A DNA stretch of 64,000 nt from a virus: positions 2,102 to 66,101 of IMG/VR virus record IMGVR_UViG_3300031084_000275; one strand, 5' to 3'. Of the stretch, positions 9,120 through 18,900 are shown piece by piece (positions within the stretch are counted from its first letter, which is position 1; every line of letters begins with the position of its first letter). Made by a program: the position numbers and the translations under genes. A model generated the notes under the pieces. That model was not told where the DNA came from and ran no database searches. It saw only the letters and a list, made by a program, of their open reading frames with translations.

Positions 9120-9308
9120 TTGCACCCTCTCCTATCTGGCGCGCATGCCGCCGCTCTCGTCTCAGTCCATCAGCTGCTGCTGGCAGCCCAGTCCCTGCCC
9201 GCCGACTCAACTGCACGCCTGGACTGCGCCGGCGCCGCCGAGGATTTCTTGCTGACGCTCGAAACCTATGCGCACCTGTTCGGTCCAGGGATTGCTGATC
9301 CTGGGTGA
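9120..9308 (+). CDS. Small hypothetical protein (TTG start, possibly frameshifted)
   Basis: 62-aa helical-looking ORF directly upstream of SRAP. Confidence 0.35.
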   Translation: MHPLLSGAHAAALVSVHQLLLAAQSLPADSTARLDCAGAAEDFLLTLETYAHLFGPGIADPG

Positions 9309-9323
9309 CACCAGGAGCAGACG

Positions 9324-10003
9324 ATGTGCAGCCACTACCAAGCACTGAAAGAGCGGGCGAAGCTTGAAAGATATTTCGCAGCGCACGGTTCCCCCTTCCC
9401 GCATCGGATGACCTGTGGCCGCGCCGGGTGGGCGAATTTGTCCGTCGACCGCCGGAGCACGATGCCGGCGACGAGGCGGTGCCAGAGCGCGAAGCGGTGC
9501 CGGGCCGCTGGGGGTTAGTGTCTGGACTGACTCGGGCCGATGGGCTGGAAAAAGCAGAGAAGCTTTCGACGTTCAACGCCAGATCGGAGACGGCTGCCAG
9601 ATCCTTCACGTTCGGCAACGCTTGGCGCAGGGGGCAGCGCTGCATCATCCCAGCCGAGGCGATCTACGAGCCTGACTGGCGCACAGGCCGTGCGATTCCC
9701 ACCAGATTTACCCGTGCCGACGGCGCACCGCTGGGCGTGGCTGGCCTATGGGATCGGTATCGGAACACGGCGGGTGAAATAGTCGAGTCGTACATGATGC
9801 TGACCATCAACGCGGACGAACACCCGCTGTTCAAGCATTACCACCAGTCCGGCAAAGAACGCAGGATGGTCGTCATCCTGCCTGACGGCGCCTACGAGGA
9901 TTGGCTGACCGCGACCGTGGAACGCACGCGGGAATTCCTGCTCCCCTACCCTGCAGACGCCCTGATCGCCAACCCAGTGAAGACAAGCGAAGCGCCTGCT
10001 TGA
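9324..10003 (+). pseudogene. SRAP/HMCES (SOS response-associated peptidase) with one frameshift
   Basis: MCSHY N-terminus (Cys2); RWGLV, TFNARSET, RCIIPAEAIYE, HPLFKHYH motifs in another frame; shift near the C-run at about 9393-9397. Confidence 0.85.
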
Positions 10004-10056
10004 GCCATCACGGCCGAGTTTCCTCGCCTACCGTTCATCGGCGTCAAGTCTGACAA

Positions 10057-10076
10057 TACTGGATATACATACAGTA
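10057..10076. promoter_or_regulatory. LexA (SOS) box
   Basis: TACTGGATATACATACAGTA fits CTG-N10-CAG; overlaps a TATTCT -10-like hexamer. Confidence 0.85.
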
Positions 10077-10108
10077 TTCTGCGGTTTTCCACTGACGGGA
10101 GGCCTGCA

Positions 10109-10306
10109 ATGCCAAGCATCGACGCCGAAGGGCTGCTATACCTGTTCGACCGCCACCCGTCCGGGCGCGTGCTTGCAGAAGATCTGATTGCCGAGGTCGA
10201 GCATTACGAGGTCGAGGCCGACCACGCCCGGGCAGCCCTACGAGACCTGGTCGCGCAGGGCACGCTTCAGTGGGCACCGGGCGCAATGCTGCAGCGTCCT
10301 GAATAA
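10109..10306 (+). CDS. LexA-boxed small hypothetical protein
   Basis: GGAGG RBS; 65 aa; 1-bp overlap with the next gene. Confidence 0.7.
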   Translation: MPSIDAEGLLYLFDRHPSGRVLAEDLIAEVEHYEVEADHARAALRDLVAQGTLQWAPGAMLQRPE

Positions 10307-10731
10307 TGACTGATCTTCATCAACCCGGCCGGACGCCCCGCACCGCGGCGCAGCTGCGGGCGCTGTATGAGGCAAAGCCATCACCTGAACTCGCAGCGGC
10401 GTTGTGGGAAATTCACCGACTGCAAAAAGTGGTTCTCGCGGCGTGGGAGAGGTTCGAAAGAATTTGCTTGCAGCCAGAGGCTGCAGAGCAGGTATCTCGC
10501 ATTGCTGCGCAGGTCATGGGCGAAGAGCCGTGCGTCGTGGCACACCTCGACAGCGAATGGCTTCGTCGTAGCGAGCCCCACACCAGATATCACCATCTCG
10601 CGCATGTGCTCGAGCGGCCTTACTATCGTGCAGGATCCGCACCTCCAGACTCACGCCACCGTGTCGGCGAACGCGCGGCGAAAACGTCGGCGTCACGTCA
10701 GGCAAAGGCGTACATGGAACAAGAGAAATGA
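10306..10731 (+). CDS. LexA-boxed hypothetical protein (LWEIHRL motif)
   Basis: 141-aa ORF coupled to the previous gene. Confidence 0.7.
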   Translation: MTDLHQPGRTPRTAAQLRALYEAKPSPELAAALWEIHRLQKVVLAAWERFERICLQPEAAEQVSRIAAQVMGEEPCVVAHLDSEWLRRSEPHTRYHHLAHVLERPYYRAGSAPPDSRHRVGERAAKTSASRQAKAYMEQEK

Positions 10732-10845
10732 CTCGAGGACGCATACTTGCAACCTGCAAACGCACCCATCGAGCCGCATCTAGTAAATCGTCGCGCGCGC
10801 CGGTGTGCTTGAATTTTCGCGCCAACCATTGCACCGGACCGACCC

Positions 10846-11280
10846 ATGAAACATCTTCTAGCCCTCGTCCTAATAGCGGCAGCTCAGCACACTGCCGCTC
10901 AATCCTTTGACATCAATTGCTCGCATGCCGAGGATTCAATAGGCCGGCAGGTGCGAGCCTCCCAACATCTTTCTTGGGACGGAACTACTCTTCGAACGGT
11001 CACCGGAGATCCTTTAGGTGGGCGCCCTGCATCTACGTCCTCGGTGCCTATGGCATGGACGAAGGTCACCCCCCGGCTACTTCAAGATGCGATCGGTTTC
11101 TCTTTTCGAATGCCAATCGACGAAAAGACGGGGTATCAACATCTGCAAAGCGTCTCGTTCGAACCCCAGGACAATCGGCAATACAGGCTGCGCATCCACT
11201 TCGCCGCTCTGACGCGTGAAGGAATGCTTATTGACGGCTTCGAATCAATTTCGTCGAATTGCGCTTTGCGTCTCGACTGA
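10846..11280 (+). CDS. Secreted moron protein
   Basis: Signal peptide MKHLLALVLIAAAQHTAAQ; convergent with the lysis cassette. Confidence 0.7.
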   Translation: MKHLLALVLIAAAQHTAAQSFDINCSHAEDSIGRQVRASQHLSWDGTTLRTVTGDPLGGRPASTSSVPMAWTKVTPRLLQDAIGFSFRMPIDEKTGYQHLQSVSFEPQDNRQYRLRIHFAALTREGMLIDGFESISSNCALRLD

Positions 11281-11300
11281 CCGACTTTCTGAAGACGGAG

Positions 11301-11825
11301 TCAGGACGCGACACCCGCCTTCGCCAGGAGCTCCGACTTTTTCTGCCCGCCGGCCGTGCTGCCGAAGTAGTAGCTGATCACCTGCGTCCAAGCGGTGCCA
11401 AGTGTGCCGACCAGCACCAGCAGCGGTTCGCGCGATTCAGGCGTGGGCACCAAGGCAAGCAGCAGGATGGCACCGAAGAACCCGCAGGTCACCGCGCCGG
11501 CGAGGATCTTCGGTGTCCAGTCAGCGAGCACGATCTCCCGCTTCCGCGCGCTGTCGCGGTCGCCGGCCGCGAGTGCTTCCAGCTTCTGCTGATTCTCGAA
11601 ACCCAATTCCTGCATTCGGCCGGCGAATGCTTGGTCGGCCTGCTTCAATGCAAGCATCTGCTCCGCCGTGGCGCCCAGCACCGCCTGCTTGATAGCGGTC
11701 TCGGTGCGTTCAGAAAGCCCCAGGGCATCGGCAGCAGCGGTGATCGCCATGCCGCCCAGCGGGCCGCCCAGAGCAGTGCCGATCCACGGCGCCACGGCGC
11801 CCAACAGCGATTTCCAGTCCATCAT
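11301..11825 (-). CDS. Putative holin (3TM/GTA-holin-like)
   Basis: APWIGTALGGPLGG; C-terminal TM segments; ISYYFGSTAG motif; adjacent to the endolysin. Confidence 0.65.
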   Translation of the reverse strand: MMDWKSLLGAVAPWIGTALGGPLGGMAITAAADALGLSERTETAIKQAVLGATAEQMLALKQADQAFAGRMQELGFENQQKLEALAAGDRDSARKREIVLADWTPKILAGAVTCGFFGAILLLALVPTPESREPLLVLVGTLGTAWTQVISYYFGSTAGGQKKSELLAKAGVAS

Positions 11826-12343
11826 GCATCCTCTGCTGCGTAATCAAGTTGCCCGGCAACCCGGTTGACCCAGCCTTTGCCGAAGGTAGGCCAGGTCGAG
11901 AGGCTGGTGTAGTGGCGCAGGCGCTGCGCATTGAACCGCATCAGCACATCGGTAACAGTCATGGCCTTTACCGCAGCGATTGTCAGCGGCCCGACCTGGC
12001 CATCATCGGCAACGCTGGCAGCACGCTGCAACGCGCGCTTGGCAGTGCTCATACCTGCATTCACGGCGAAGTCCCAGAGCTGATAGACGATGGCCGCGTC
12101 GAACTCGTCCGCGCCGGCCTTCAGCCACCAGTCGCGGTAGTAGATGGCCTTGGCCTGGTCGAGCGTCAGCTTGGGGATGTCGAGGTCCGGATAGGTGTTG
12201 GCCGCGATACCAAACTTCGTGCCCAGCAGCACCCCGACGTTCACCCGGCCCCCAGTCCAGTTGCCCGGATCTTTAGAATCGACCGACAGCGCGCCCTCAT
12301 GGCCGATCAGTCGCTCGAAAGCCTTGTCGAAAGCGGCATTCAT
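11822..12343 (-). CDS. Endolysin, glycoside hydrolase family 108 with peptidoglycan-binding domain
   Basis: LIGHEG...DPG...TKFGI...AIYYRDWW; DGQVGPLT; FGKGWVNR. Confidence 0.9.
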   Translation of the reverse strand: MNAAFDKAFERLIGHEGALSVDSKDPGNWTGGRVNVGVLLGTKFGIAANTYPDLDIPKLTLDQAKAIYYRDWWLKAGADEFDAAIVYQLWDFAVNAGMSTAKRALQRAASVADDGQVGPLTIAAVKAMTVTDVLMRFNAQRLRHYTSLSTWPTFGKGWVNRVAGQLDYAAEDA

Positions 12344-12855
12344 GGGGTACCTCCAGTGGTCGCGCCGGGCGAGCGAGACAGCACCGCCCGCTCCGCCCAC
12401 ATCTCGACGAACTTGGCGCCAGCGAACGACGCACCGATCACGAGGCCCAGGCCATACCAGACGTTGAACTGCTGCGCTTGGTTGATGATGAAGGCCAGGA
12501 GCCCAGCCAGCCACGACCCGCCCATGTGTGCCGCGCAGAACAACATCGGGCGCGGCAGAGGTTGGTCAGGCGCCGCCGACAGCTCACGCTCGACCCGGAT
12601 CAGCAGCGCAGTGATGCCGGCCAAGGTCGACAGAAACATCGACACCGCCAGCAACAGGCCGGGCACCTGGAAGCCCTCGACCAGGGCGGCCGCGCGCGCG
12701 GCCATCGGTACCGCGAGCAGGATCACCACAAGCGGCGCCCACAGAATGGCCAGGCCAGCCCAGATGACGATGCGCAGGTACGGCGCAGTCAGTTGCTGGC
12801 TGGTTGCAGTCCTGCAGCGCGCGGCGATCGCACGGCGGAGGTTCGTCCAATTCAT
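12340..12855 (-). CDS. Lysis-cassette membrane protein (holin-like)
   Basis: Four hydrophobic segments; 4-bp overlap with the endolysin start. Confidence 0.6.
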   Translation of the reverse strand: MNWTNLRRAIAARCRTATSQQLTAPYLRIVIWAGLAILWAPLVVILLAVPMAARAAALVEGFQVPGLLLAVSMFLSTLAGITALLIRVERELSAAPDQPLPRPMLFCAAHMGGSWLAGLLAFIINQAQQFNVWYGLGLVIGASFAGAKFVEMWAERAVLSRSPGATTGGTP

Positions 12856-13253
12856 TGCTCACTCCTATACAGATGGAACAGTCCGGTTATGGCCACGAGC
12901 GTCGCGAACGTGGCATCGAGCAGAAACGGCAGAACGAGAGGCGTGTAGCCCACAGCCATCACGCAGACGTAGGACACGCTCGCCAAACCCATGGCCAGCG
13001 CCATGAACACCCAGTGCCGCCAGCGCAGCGCGCGCTTCCAGCGAACGGCTAGGCCGAACATATCGTTCAGCACAGCGTCGACAACAGCAACGCAAGAAAC
13101 CACACCCAGCACGGCCACACACGGCCACCCGATCGGGCCGGACTTGCTGATGATCTGATTACCCAGGCTCGCGGGCTCGATCCAGACCACCAACATCGAA
13201 AGCCCGGCCGACAGCGCCACATAGAGGCGGTACATCCAATAGCGCGGCCTCAT
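12852..13253 (-). CDS. Lysis-cassette membrane protein
   Basis: Four hydrophobic segments; coupled to the next gene. Confidence 0.6.
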   Translation of the reverse strand: MRPRYWMYRLYVALSAGLSMLVVWIEPASLGNQIISKSGPIGWPCVAVLGVVSCVAVVDAVLNDMFGLAVRWKRALRWRHWVFMALAMGLASVSYVCVMAVGYTPLVLPFLLDATFATLVAITGLFHLYRSEQ

Positions 13254-13273
13254 GCGACACCTCCGACAGGCGT

Positions 13274-13296
13274 AAAAAAACCCGCACAAGGCGGGG
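13274..13296 (-). terminator. Intrinsic terminator between tail and lysis genes
   Basis: CCCCGC...GCGGG plus T7 on the minus strand. Confidence 0.6.
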
Positions 13297-13323
13297 TGTT
13301 GGGTGGTGCGTGCGCGGTTCGTC

Positions 13324-13743
13324 TCATAGCTGGATTGCCGCGCGGAACAGGTCGTCGGTGTCCTCGTCAGTGAGGCCTACCGCACCACCCAGCAGGGCTA
13401 CGAACGCGCTACCTCGCTCCACCATCGCGGCAAAGTCCCATTCGATGCGGGCGGCAGCGCGCTGCGTCTCGTCCTCGATCGCATCGATGGCCTGCTCGAT
13501 GGCGGCCAGCTTCCCTGCCGCGAGCAGAGCAAGGCGCGCTTGGCGCATCGAGACCACCGGCGGCACACCGGGCGGGACGACCGGCCCATCATTGAACTCG
13601 CCCGTCTCGCCGTCATAAACCTTGCCGAGCAGCGACGTGTCATAGCTGTCGATCCAAATCATCTGGGCACTGTCGACCGGCCCGGCCAGGTCGCTGATAC
13701 CGACGACCACGTTTCCTGCCCCCAGCGTTGCGTAATAGTTCAT
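13324..13743 (-). CDS. Tail fibre assembly-like protein
   Basis: Position after the fibre genes; VSMRQARLAL...EWDFA motif. Confidence 0.6.
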   Translation of the reverse strand: MNYYATLGAGNVVVGISDLAGPVDSAQMIWIDSYDTSLLGKVYDGETGEFNDGPVVPPGVPPVVSMRQARLALLAAGKLAAIEQAIDAIEDETQRAAARIEWDFAAMVERGSAFVALLGGAVGLTDEDTDDLFRAAIQL

Positions 13744-14015
13744 ATGTACTCCACCACTTGCCAAACTACGTTTGCAAGCGACGTAGATGGAACTCCAGAA
13801 CCAAGGGTGATCGACGTGCTGTCGATAGCAACAAGCCAAACATTCCAGATGGTTTGCCCGTTTTGAGCAATTGTGGCAGTCACTACGCACTTGGCAGGAT
13901 TCACAGCTGAAATGGTTATAACTGCTGCCTGCGAATTTGCCGTGATACTGGTAGTGCCACGCTGAATACTCTTGATAATGCTTGCGCTAACAGGCGCTCC
14001 ACCTGATCGGGCCAT
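13740..14015 (-). CDS. Small tail-associated beta-rich protein (IKSIQRG motif)
   Basis: 91 aa; overlaps both neighbours. Confidence 0.6.
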   Translation of the reverse strand: MARSGGAPVSASIIKSIQRGTTSITANSQAAVITISAVNPAKCVVTATIAQNGQTIWNVWLVAIDSTSITLGSGVPSTSLANVVWQVVEYI

Positions 14016-14356
14016 TATGCGTCCGCCTTGAGAAAGCCAGAAAGGCGGAAGGTCACGCCAGAAGCGACGCTGGAACGCACACCGACATACTGACCGGCGA
14101 GCGCCACTTCACCCGTGTTGAGCAGCGGTGCCGTGCCAGCAGCGCCGACCGGGGAATCGAATTCGATGTGATCAGCCACGGCCGGCGCAGTCGGTGCCGC
14201 AGAGGTCGTCGCGATACGGACCGTGGCGGCGGTGGCAGTAACGCTGGTCGCGCGCACGTTGAACACCAGCGTGAAGCCTGCAGGCACCGGGCCATAGAGC
14301 GTCGCCCACGTATTGGCCACCGAAGGCAGCGATACGACATTTACACCAGAAGGCAT
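14015..14356 (-). CDS. Small virion structural protein
   Basis: 113 aa, beta-rich, in the tail operon. Confidence 0.6.
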   Translation of the reverse strand: MPSGVNVVSLPSVANTWATLYGPVPAGFTLVFNVRATSVTATAATVRIATTSAAPTAPAVADHIEFDSPVGAAGTAPLLNTGEVALAGQYVGVRSSVASGVTFRLSGFLKADA

Positions 14357-14992
14357 TTAGAACCCCGCGTAGAAGAAAAGGTCTGCTGTAGTGAGTGCCG
14401 CGGCCCCGCCGGCGGTCGACTGGGCCTGAAGTTTGCCTATGGCAGTAAGCAGCGAATCGGCAGCGACAACAGCAGCAGCCGAGGTCGTCGACAGCCCAAC
14501 CAGCGGCACGGCCCGCACGAATGCAGGCATACCGGCGTTGTTCGTGAACTGAGTAGGACTGGTGCCAGTGATGTCGCCGACGGCGATGGCCTCGGCCTCG
14601 TTGCGCGCGACCAGGGCGGCAGCAGCCGACGCAGCAGCTTCCGCAGCCTTCGTCGTCGCCGTGGTCGCGCCGGTCGTGGACTCGCCAGCCTTGGTGCTGG
14701 CCGTCGACGCCGACCCAGCCGCAGCGGTCGCGCTGCCGCTGGCCGCCGTCGCACTGCCTGCCGCCGCAGCGGCTTTCGAAGTCGCCACGCTGGCGGCATC
14801 GGTCACCACCTGGATGGACTCGGTGGCAAGCTCTGCAGCGGCCGTGGCTGCCTCAGTCAAACTGACCAGGTCGCTCACAACGACATTCAGCTGCGTGCTG
14901 AAGTTTGGTAGCGCCGTCAGAAAGTAGGCATCCAAGTCAGTGCGAAAGGTTGGACTGGTCCGGTCCAGGGAGGGGAGCGGGGTAATGATCAT
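14357..14992 (-). CDS. Tail fibre-like protein with Ala/Ser/Thr-rich coiled stalk
   Basis: AAAGSATAASGSATAAAGSAS repeats as in Stf-type fibres. Confidence 0.65.
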   Translation of the reverse strand: MIITPLPSLDRTSPTFRTDLDAYFLTALPNFSTQLNVVVSDLVSLTEAATAAAELATESIQVVTDAASVATSKAAAAAGSATAASGSATAAAGSASTASTKAGESTTGATTATTKAAEAAASAAAALVARNEAEAIAVGDITGTSPTQFTNNAGMPAFVRAVPLVGLSTTSAAAVVAADSLLTAIGKLQAQSTAGGAAALTTADLFFYAGF

Positions 14993-15912
14993 TGGGTCAT
15001 GCCCTCGACTTCAAGCGAACAGAGGTGGTGCGTGGGGTAAGCCACATCGATGGAAAAATCTCGGTAGAAGCCGTAGATCAGCAGCGGTTCGTAACCGTAA
15101 ATCTCGGTGCCGATGTACACGCACGGCGTGGCGCGCAGGCTGGCCAGCAGTCGGAAGATGCGGTTGAAACTGGTCTTCTCGGTCATGATCGAGAAGTTGG
15201 CGCGCTTGCTGAATGCGCGCTCGAGAATGCTCACGCGTCCGAACGCATCGCGCTCCTTCTTGCTGAAGTCGAGAATGCCGATTGAGGCCCCGTACTGCGT
15301 GTCACCAATGTCATGAATCGGACCCGGTTTGAATACCCCGACCGCAGCATTCCCGCTGGTGTTTGTGATGGTCAGCGTCAGCTCGCCGCTGGGGTATTGC
15401 CCAGGCAGATCGGTCATCACGACATCTGTCAGCGGCTGATACTCAGCGAAAAACCAGTCGTAGACGTCGGCGATGATCGTCCCGTCTAGATCAACGGTCC
15501 GGTCGAACACCACAGTGCCGCCAGGGCTGTCGGTCAGCACCGCCCGTGCAGTGCGGCCCGCCAACTCGAATAGCGGCAACCCTCCGACGCTGCCGGCACG
15601 AACGACCACCACCAGCGGGGAGGCGCCACTCGACACTGTGCCGACCACATCATCGAACATGGCCCAGCGCAAAGTCGGCCCGATGTCGACCCACGCCGCC
15701 GGCACGGTAGCCGTCGGAATATCGGTCGCTGGGTTTCGGTTGGTGCTGGTGGTCACGGCCCGGTACCGCCGATGCGTCGAGGCTAGATAGACCTCGGCAT
15801 CCACGGCATAGGCGGTCGCAGGGTTCCATGCGACCTCCCCAGGCGCTGGCTCGGGCACCGTGCTGCTGACGAGCATCGAGTCGTTCATGATGGCCGGCCT
15901 GATTATCTTCAT
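14989..15912 (-). CDS. Tail tip or minor tail protein
   Basis: MKIIRP...WAMFD... directly after the tape measure gene. Confidence 0.7.
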   Translation of the reverse strand: MKIIRPAIMNDSMLVSSTVPEPAPGEVAWNPATAYAVDAEVYLASTHRRYRAVTTSTNRNPATDIPTATVPAAWVDIGPTLRWAMFDDVVGTVSSGASPLVVVVRAGSVGGLPLFELAGRTARAVLTDSPGGTVVFDRTVDLDGTIIADVYDWFFAEYQPLTDVVMTDLPGQYPSGELTLTITNTSGNAAVGVFKPGPIHDIGDTQYGASIGILDFSKKERDAFGRVSILERAFSKRANFSIMTEKTSFNRIFRLLASLRATPCVYIGTEIYGYEPLLIYGFYRDFSIDVAYPTHHLCSLEVEGMTQ

Positions 15913-18900
15913 GCGGTAGCTTCCTCCCTCGTTTCGGGCATGCCGTCGACGTCCCAACGGGTAAGTTGTTTGGCCGCCCTGCCGGTGTTCTGCGCGGTCG
16001 CTTGGGCCTCGGCACGCAGCATCTGCACCTCCTGACGCAACGAACGAAGTTCGGCCACGACCTCGGCACTGTCGCCGCCCCCGCGCGGCATGTTCTGCAA
16101 CGAACGGTAGGCGCGAGCCTCAGGCGCAGGAAGAACCGTTTCTTCCTCGTGCAACTCGGCGATGTAGCCATCACGCGGCACCGACCAAAGACCGGTGGCA
16201 TGGCTGCCATCGACCGCCGCCTTGTTCTTGCCGTTATTGATGTCGATGATTTGCTGGGTGACCTCATCAACGCTGTGGCCGTTCTTGATCGCCTCATTCC
16301 AGAACGACCAGCCGCCAGCATCGAGGTATCCGATGCCCGTCGACTTGTATGCATCCCAGATAGCCTGCTCGCTGGCTGAGAGGCCGGCGGGCGCGCCGCC
16401 ACCGACACCAGTCGGCACCCCACCCTTACTGGCGCCAAGTGATGAAAGAGACGCGGCCAACGCCGACAGCGCTTGCGCTACGGTCAGCGTTGCCTCGGTA
16501 TTGCCAAGCGCCGCATCCAGTTGCGCCTGTGCCGTTTCCAGCATCTGGTCGTAGTACTTGATCTGCTCGTCGTAGGCTTTTTGCTCGTTCTTCAACTGGT
16601 CTTTCAGCAGAGCCAGCGTGCGCTCGTCGATCGACAGTTGAGAATCCGTCAGCGCACCAAGTGCCGCGATGTCGTTCGCGGTCTTGAGGAAGTCCACCTG
16701 GTAATCCTCGAAGGTGGCGAACAACGCTTGCGACGGCTGGGAAACGATACCCAGTGCGTTTTCAAGCGTCGCCACATCGGGCAGCCCGCCACCAGCCCGC
16801 GCCGTGGCCAGCGCGCCGGCAATCTGCGCCTGCGCCTGGCTCCGCTGCATTGCTGCATCGGTCTGACCGAACATGCTGTTCAGCGTGGACTTAACCCGAT
16901 CGCTCAGGGCTTTGTGGTTGGACAGAGCGGTGGACGCGGTATCGATGCCTTCCTGCAGGATGATCTGCCGGTCTTGCCAGGCCTTCGTCAGCAGGTTCTT
17001 TTCGGTATTCACTGACCTTGTGAGCGTCGACATTGCGCCGGTCGCTGCAGTCTCTGCAGCATCACGCGCCGCGGTGACAACCGTTGTAATGCGGTCGGCA
17101 AACGTGCCGAAGTCCGTGCTGACGCCGAGCAGCGTGGCGCGGGCCTTTCGTCCGGTCTCGGTGGTCACGTCGAGCGATTCGACCAGCGTCCTGAACCCCT
17201 CACGTGTAGAGGGCACGGCCAATCCCAGGCCGATGAACGCGGCCCGCATCGACTCCATCGATTTGGCATTTCGCTCTGCTTCGGTGGAATACCCCTTTGC
17301 ATACGAGTCTTCGTTGGCCTGCAGGGCGTCAGTGATTGCCTTGGCACCCGCTGCCGCGTAATCAGCCCAGCCAGCAAACGTCTGGTTCATGCCCAACAAA
17401 GTGGCGTACGCTTTCTGCCCGGCCTCGGTGGTGAGGTCCAGGGATTCGACTAGGGACTTGAACTCGTCCTTTGTCCCTGGCACCTCCAAGCTCAGGCCCT
17501 TGAACGTCTCGGTCATGGACGCAAGCGTGTCACCCATGCGCTCAGACTCGGTGTAGTAGGTCTCGTAAAAGCTACCCAGGTTCGAGGTCAGCGCGTCAAG
17601 CCCGCCCGAAAAGCCGGTGAGCGCCGTGCGAGCTTCCCAGCCGAGTTTTTCCAACTCAGGGAAGGTGTGCGACAGCCCATCGAACATGGTGTTCATCGAC
17701 CGAACAGCCTCGAGCGCTGCAGTGATCGATGCGATCTGTTCTTCGCTCAAAGTACCGAGGTTGTCCCCGTACCCTTCGAAGACTTTGGCGAACTCCGGCG
17801 CCAAGTCGGCTGCCTTCAGACCGCCGAGCAGCGCGCGCTTCATCGACAACGCGACGTTGGCCTCCAACTCCTCGTTTTTGCCTTCGAACGACGACCCAAA
17901 GATCTGGGTTCCGTTCTTGTCGTACAGCGCGGTACCGCCCGATGCGCCCTGCCCGTCCGGGCTCTGCGCGGTCTGGCCGTAAATGCTGAGGCCCTCGGCG
18001 TTGCCACCGTAGAGCTTGGCCGTGGCCGCGATCTGGTCGCCCAGCGCACTCAAGCCTGTGGTCAGGCCCGCGCTTGGTCCTTTGTAGCCCCGGTCATCGC
18101 CGTAGAACTTCTCGCGGACATCATCGAGGTCCGCCGAGGCGGTGCCCTCGGCACCAATCTTCGTGAGCGCATTCCCGCCAACAGCAGGCGTCTTGTCCGA
18201 GCCGATAAACGTACTGAGGACAGCAGCCGCAGCGATCGCCCATCCGATGTACGGGATAGCTGCCGCAGCCATCGACCCCGCAGTTGCACCGCCCGCCGCC
18301 GCAGCACCCGCCGCAGCCGTACCGCCGCCGACCGCCGCAGCCGCGCCACCAACAGTCCCAGCGCTGACTAGCGTCCCACCTGAAAGCGCCAAACCGGATG
18401 CCGCAGCACCGCCGCCCAGGGCGCCACCAATTACCGGTGCGGTTGCCGATCCTATGGCACCGAACCCACCCAGCGTGCCCGCAATACCTGCGTTCGCTGC
18501 CGCAGTGCTTGCGGCCAGCCCAGCGAATCCGCCAGTTGCACCAAACGCAGCGGTGGCCGCACCACCACCGAAGTAGCTGCCGATCGCAGACAAGCCGCGC
18601 CCGATCATGCTGTCACCGGTGAAGGCGCTGTAAAGCGAAGACAGGTTGCTGGCAGTGCCCATCAACGATTGACCGCCGGCAGCTGTACCCGCTCCCGCCC
18701 CCCCAGTAAGACCCAGCGCACTGGTTACGTAGTTGGCCGCGCCCTGCGCGATCGGCTGGATGATCGGCTTGAGAACCATGGTCTTGAACAGGTTCACCAT
18801 GGTCGTCTTGAAGTTCTCGGCAAACCCGGCGCCATCCTCGAAGCCGCGCATCAGCGCGTCGGTCAGGCTGTCGCCGATCTGCTCGTTCTGACGCTTGGCC

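Noticed and set aside
14560-14830. Repeat array, shufflon or DGR target in the fibre gene
   Set aside because: Low-complexity Ala/Ser/Thr coding only; no invertase, reverse transcriptase or template repeat in the window
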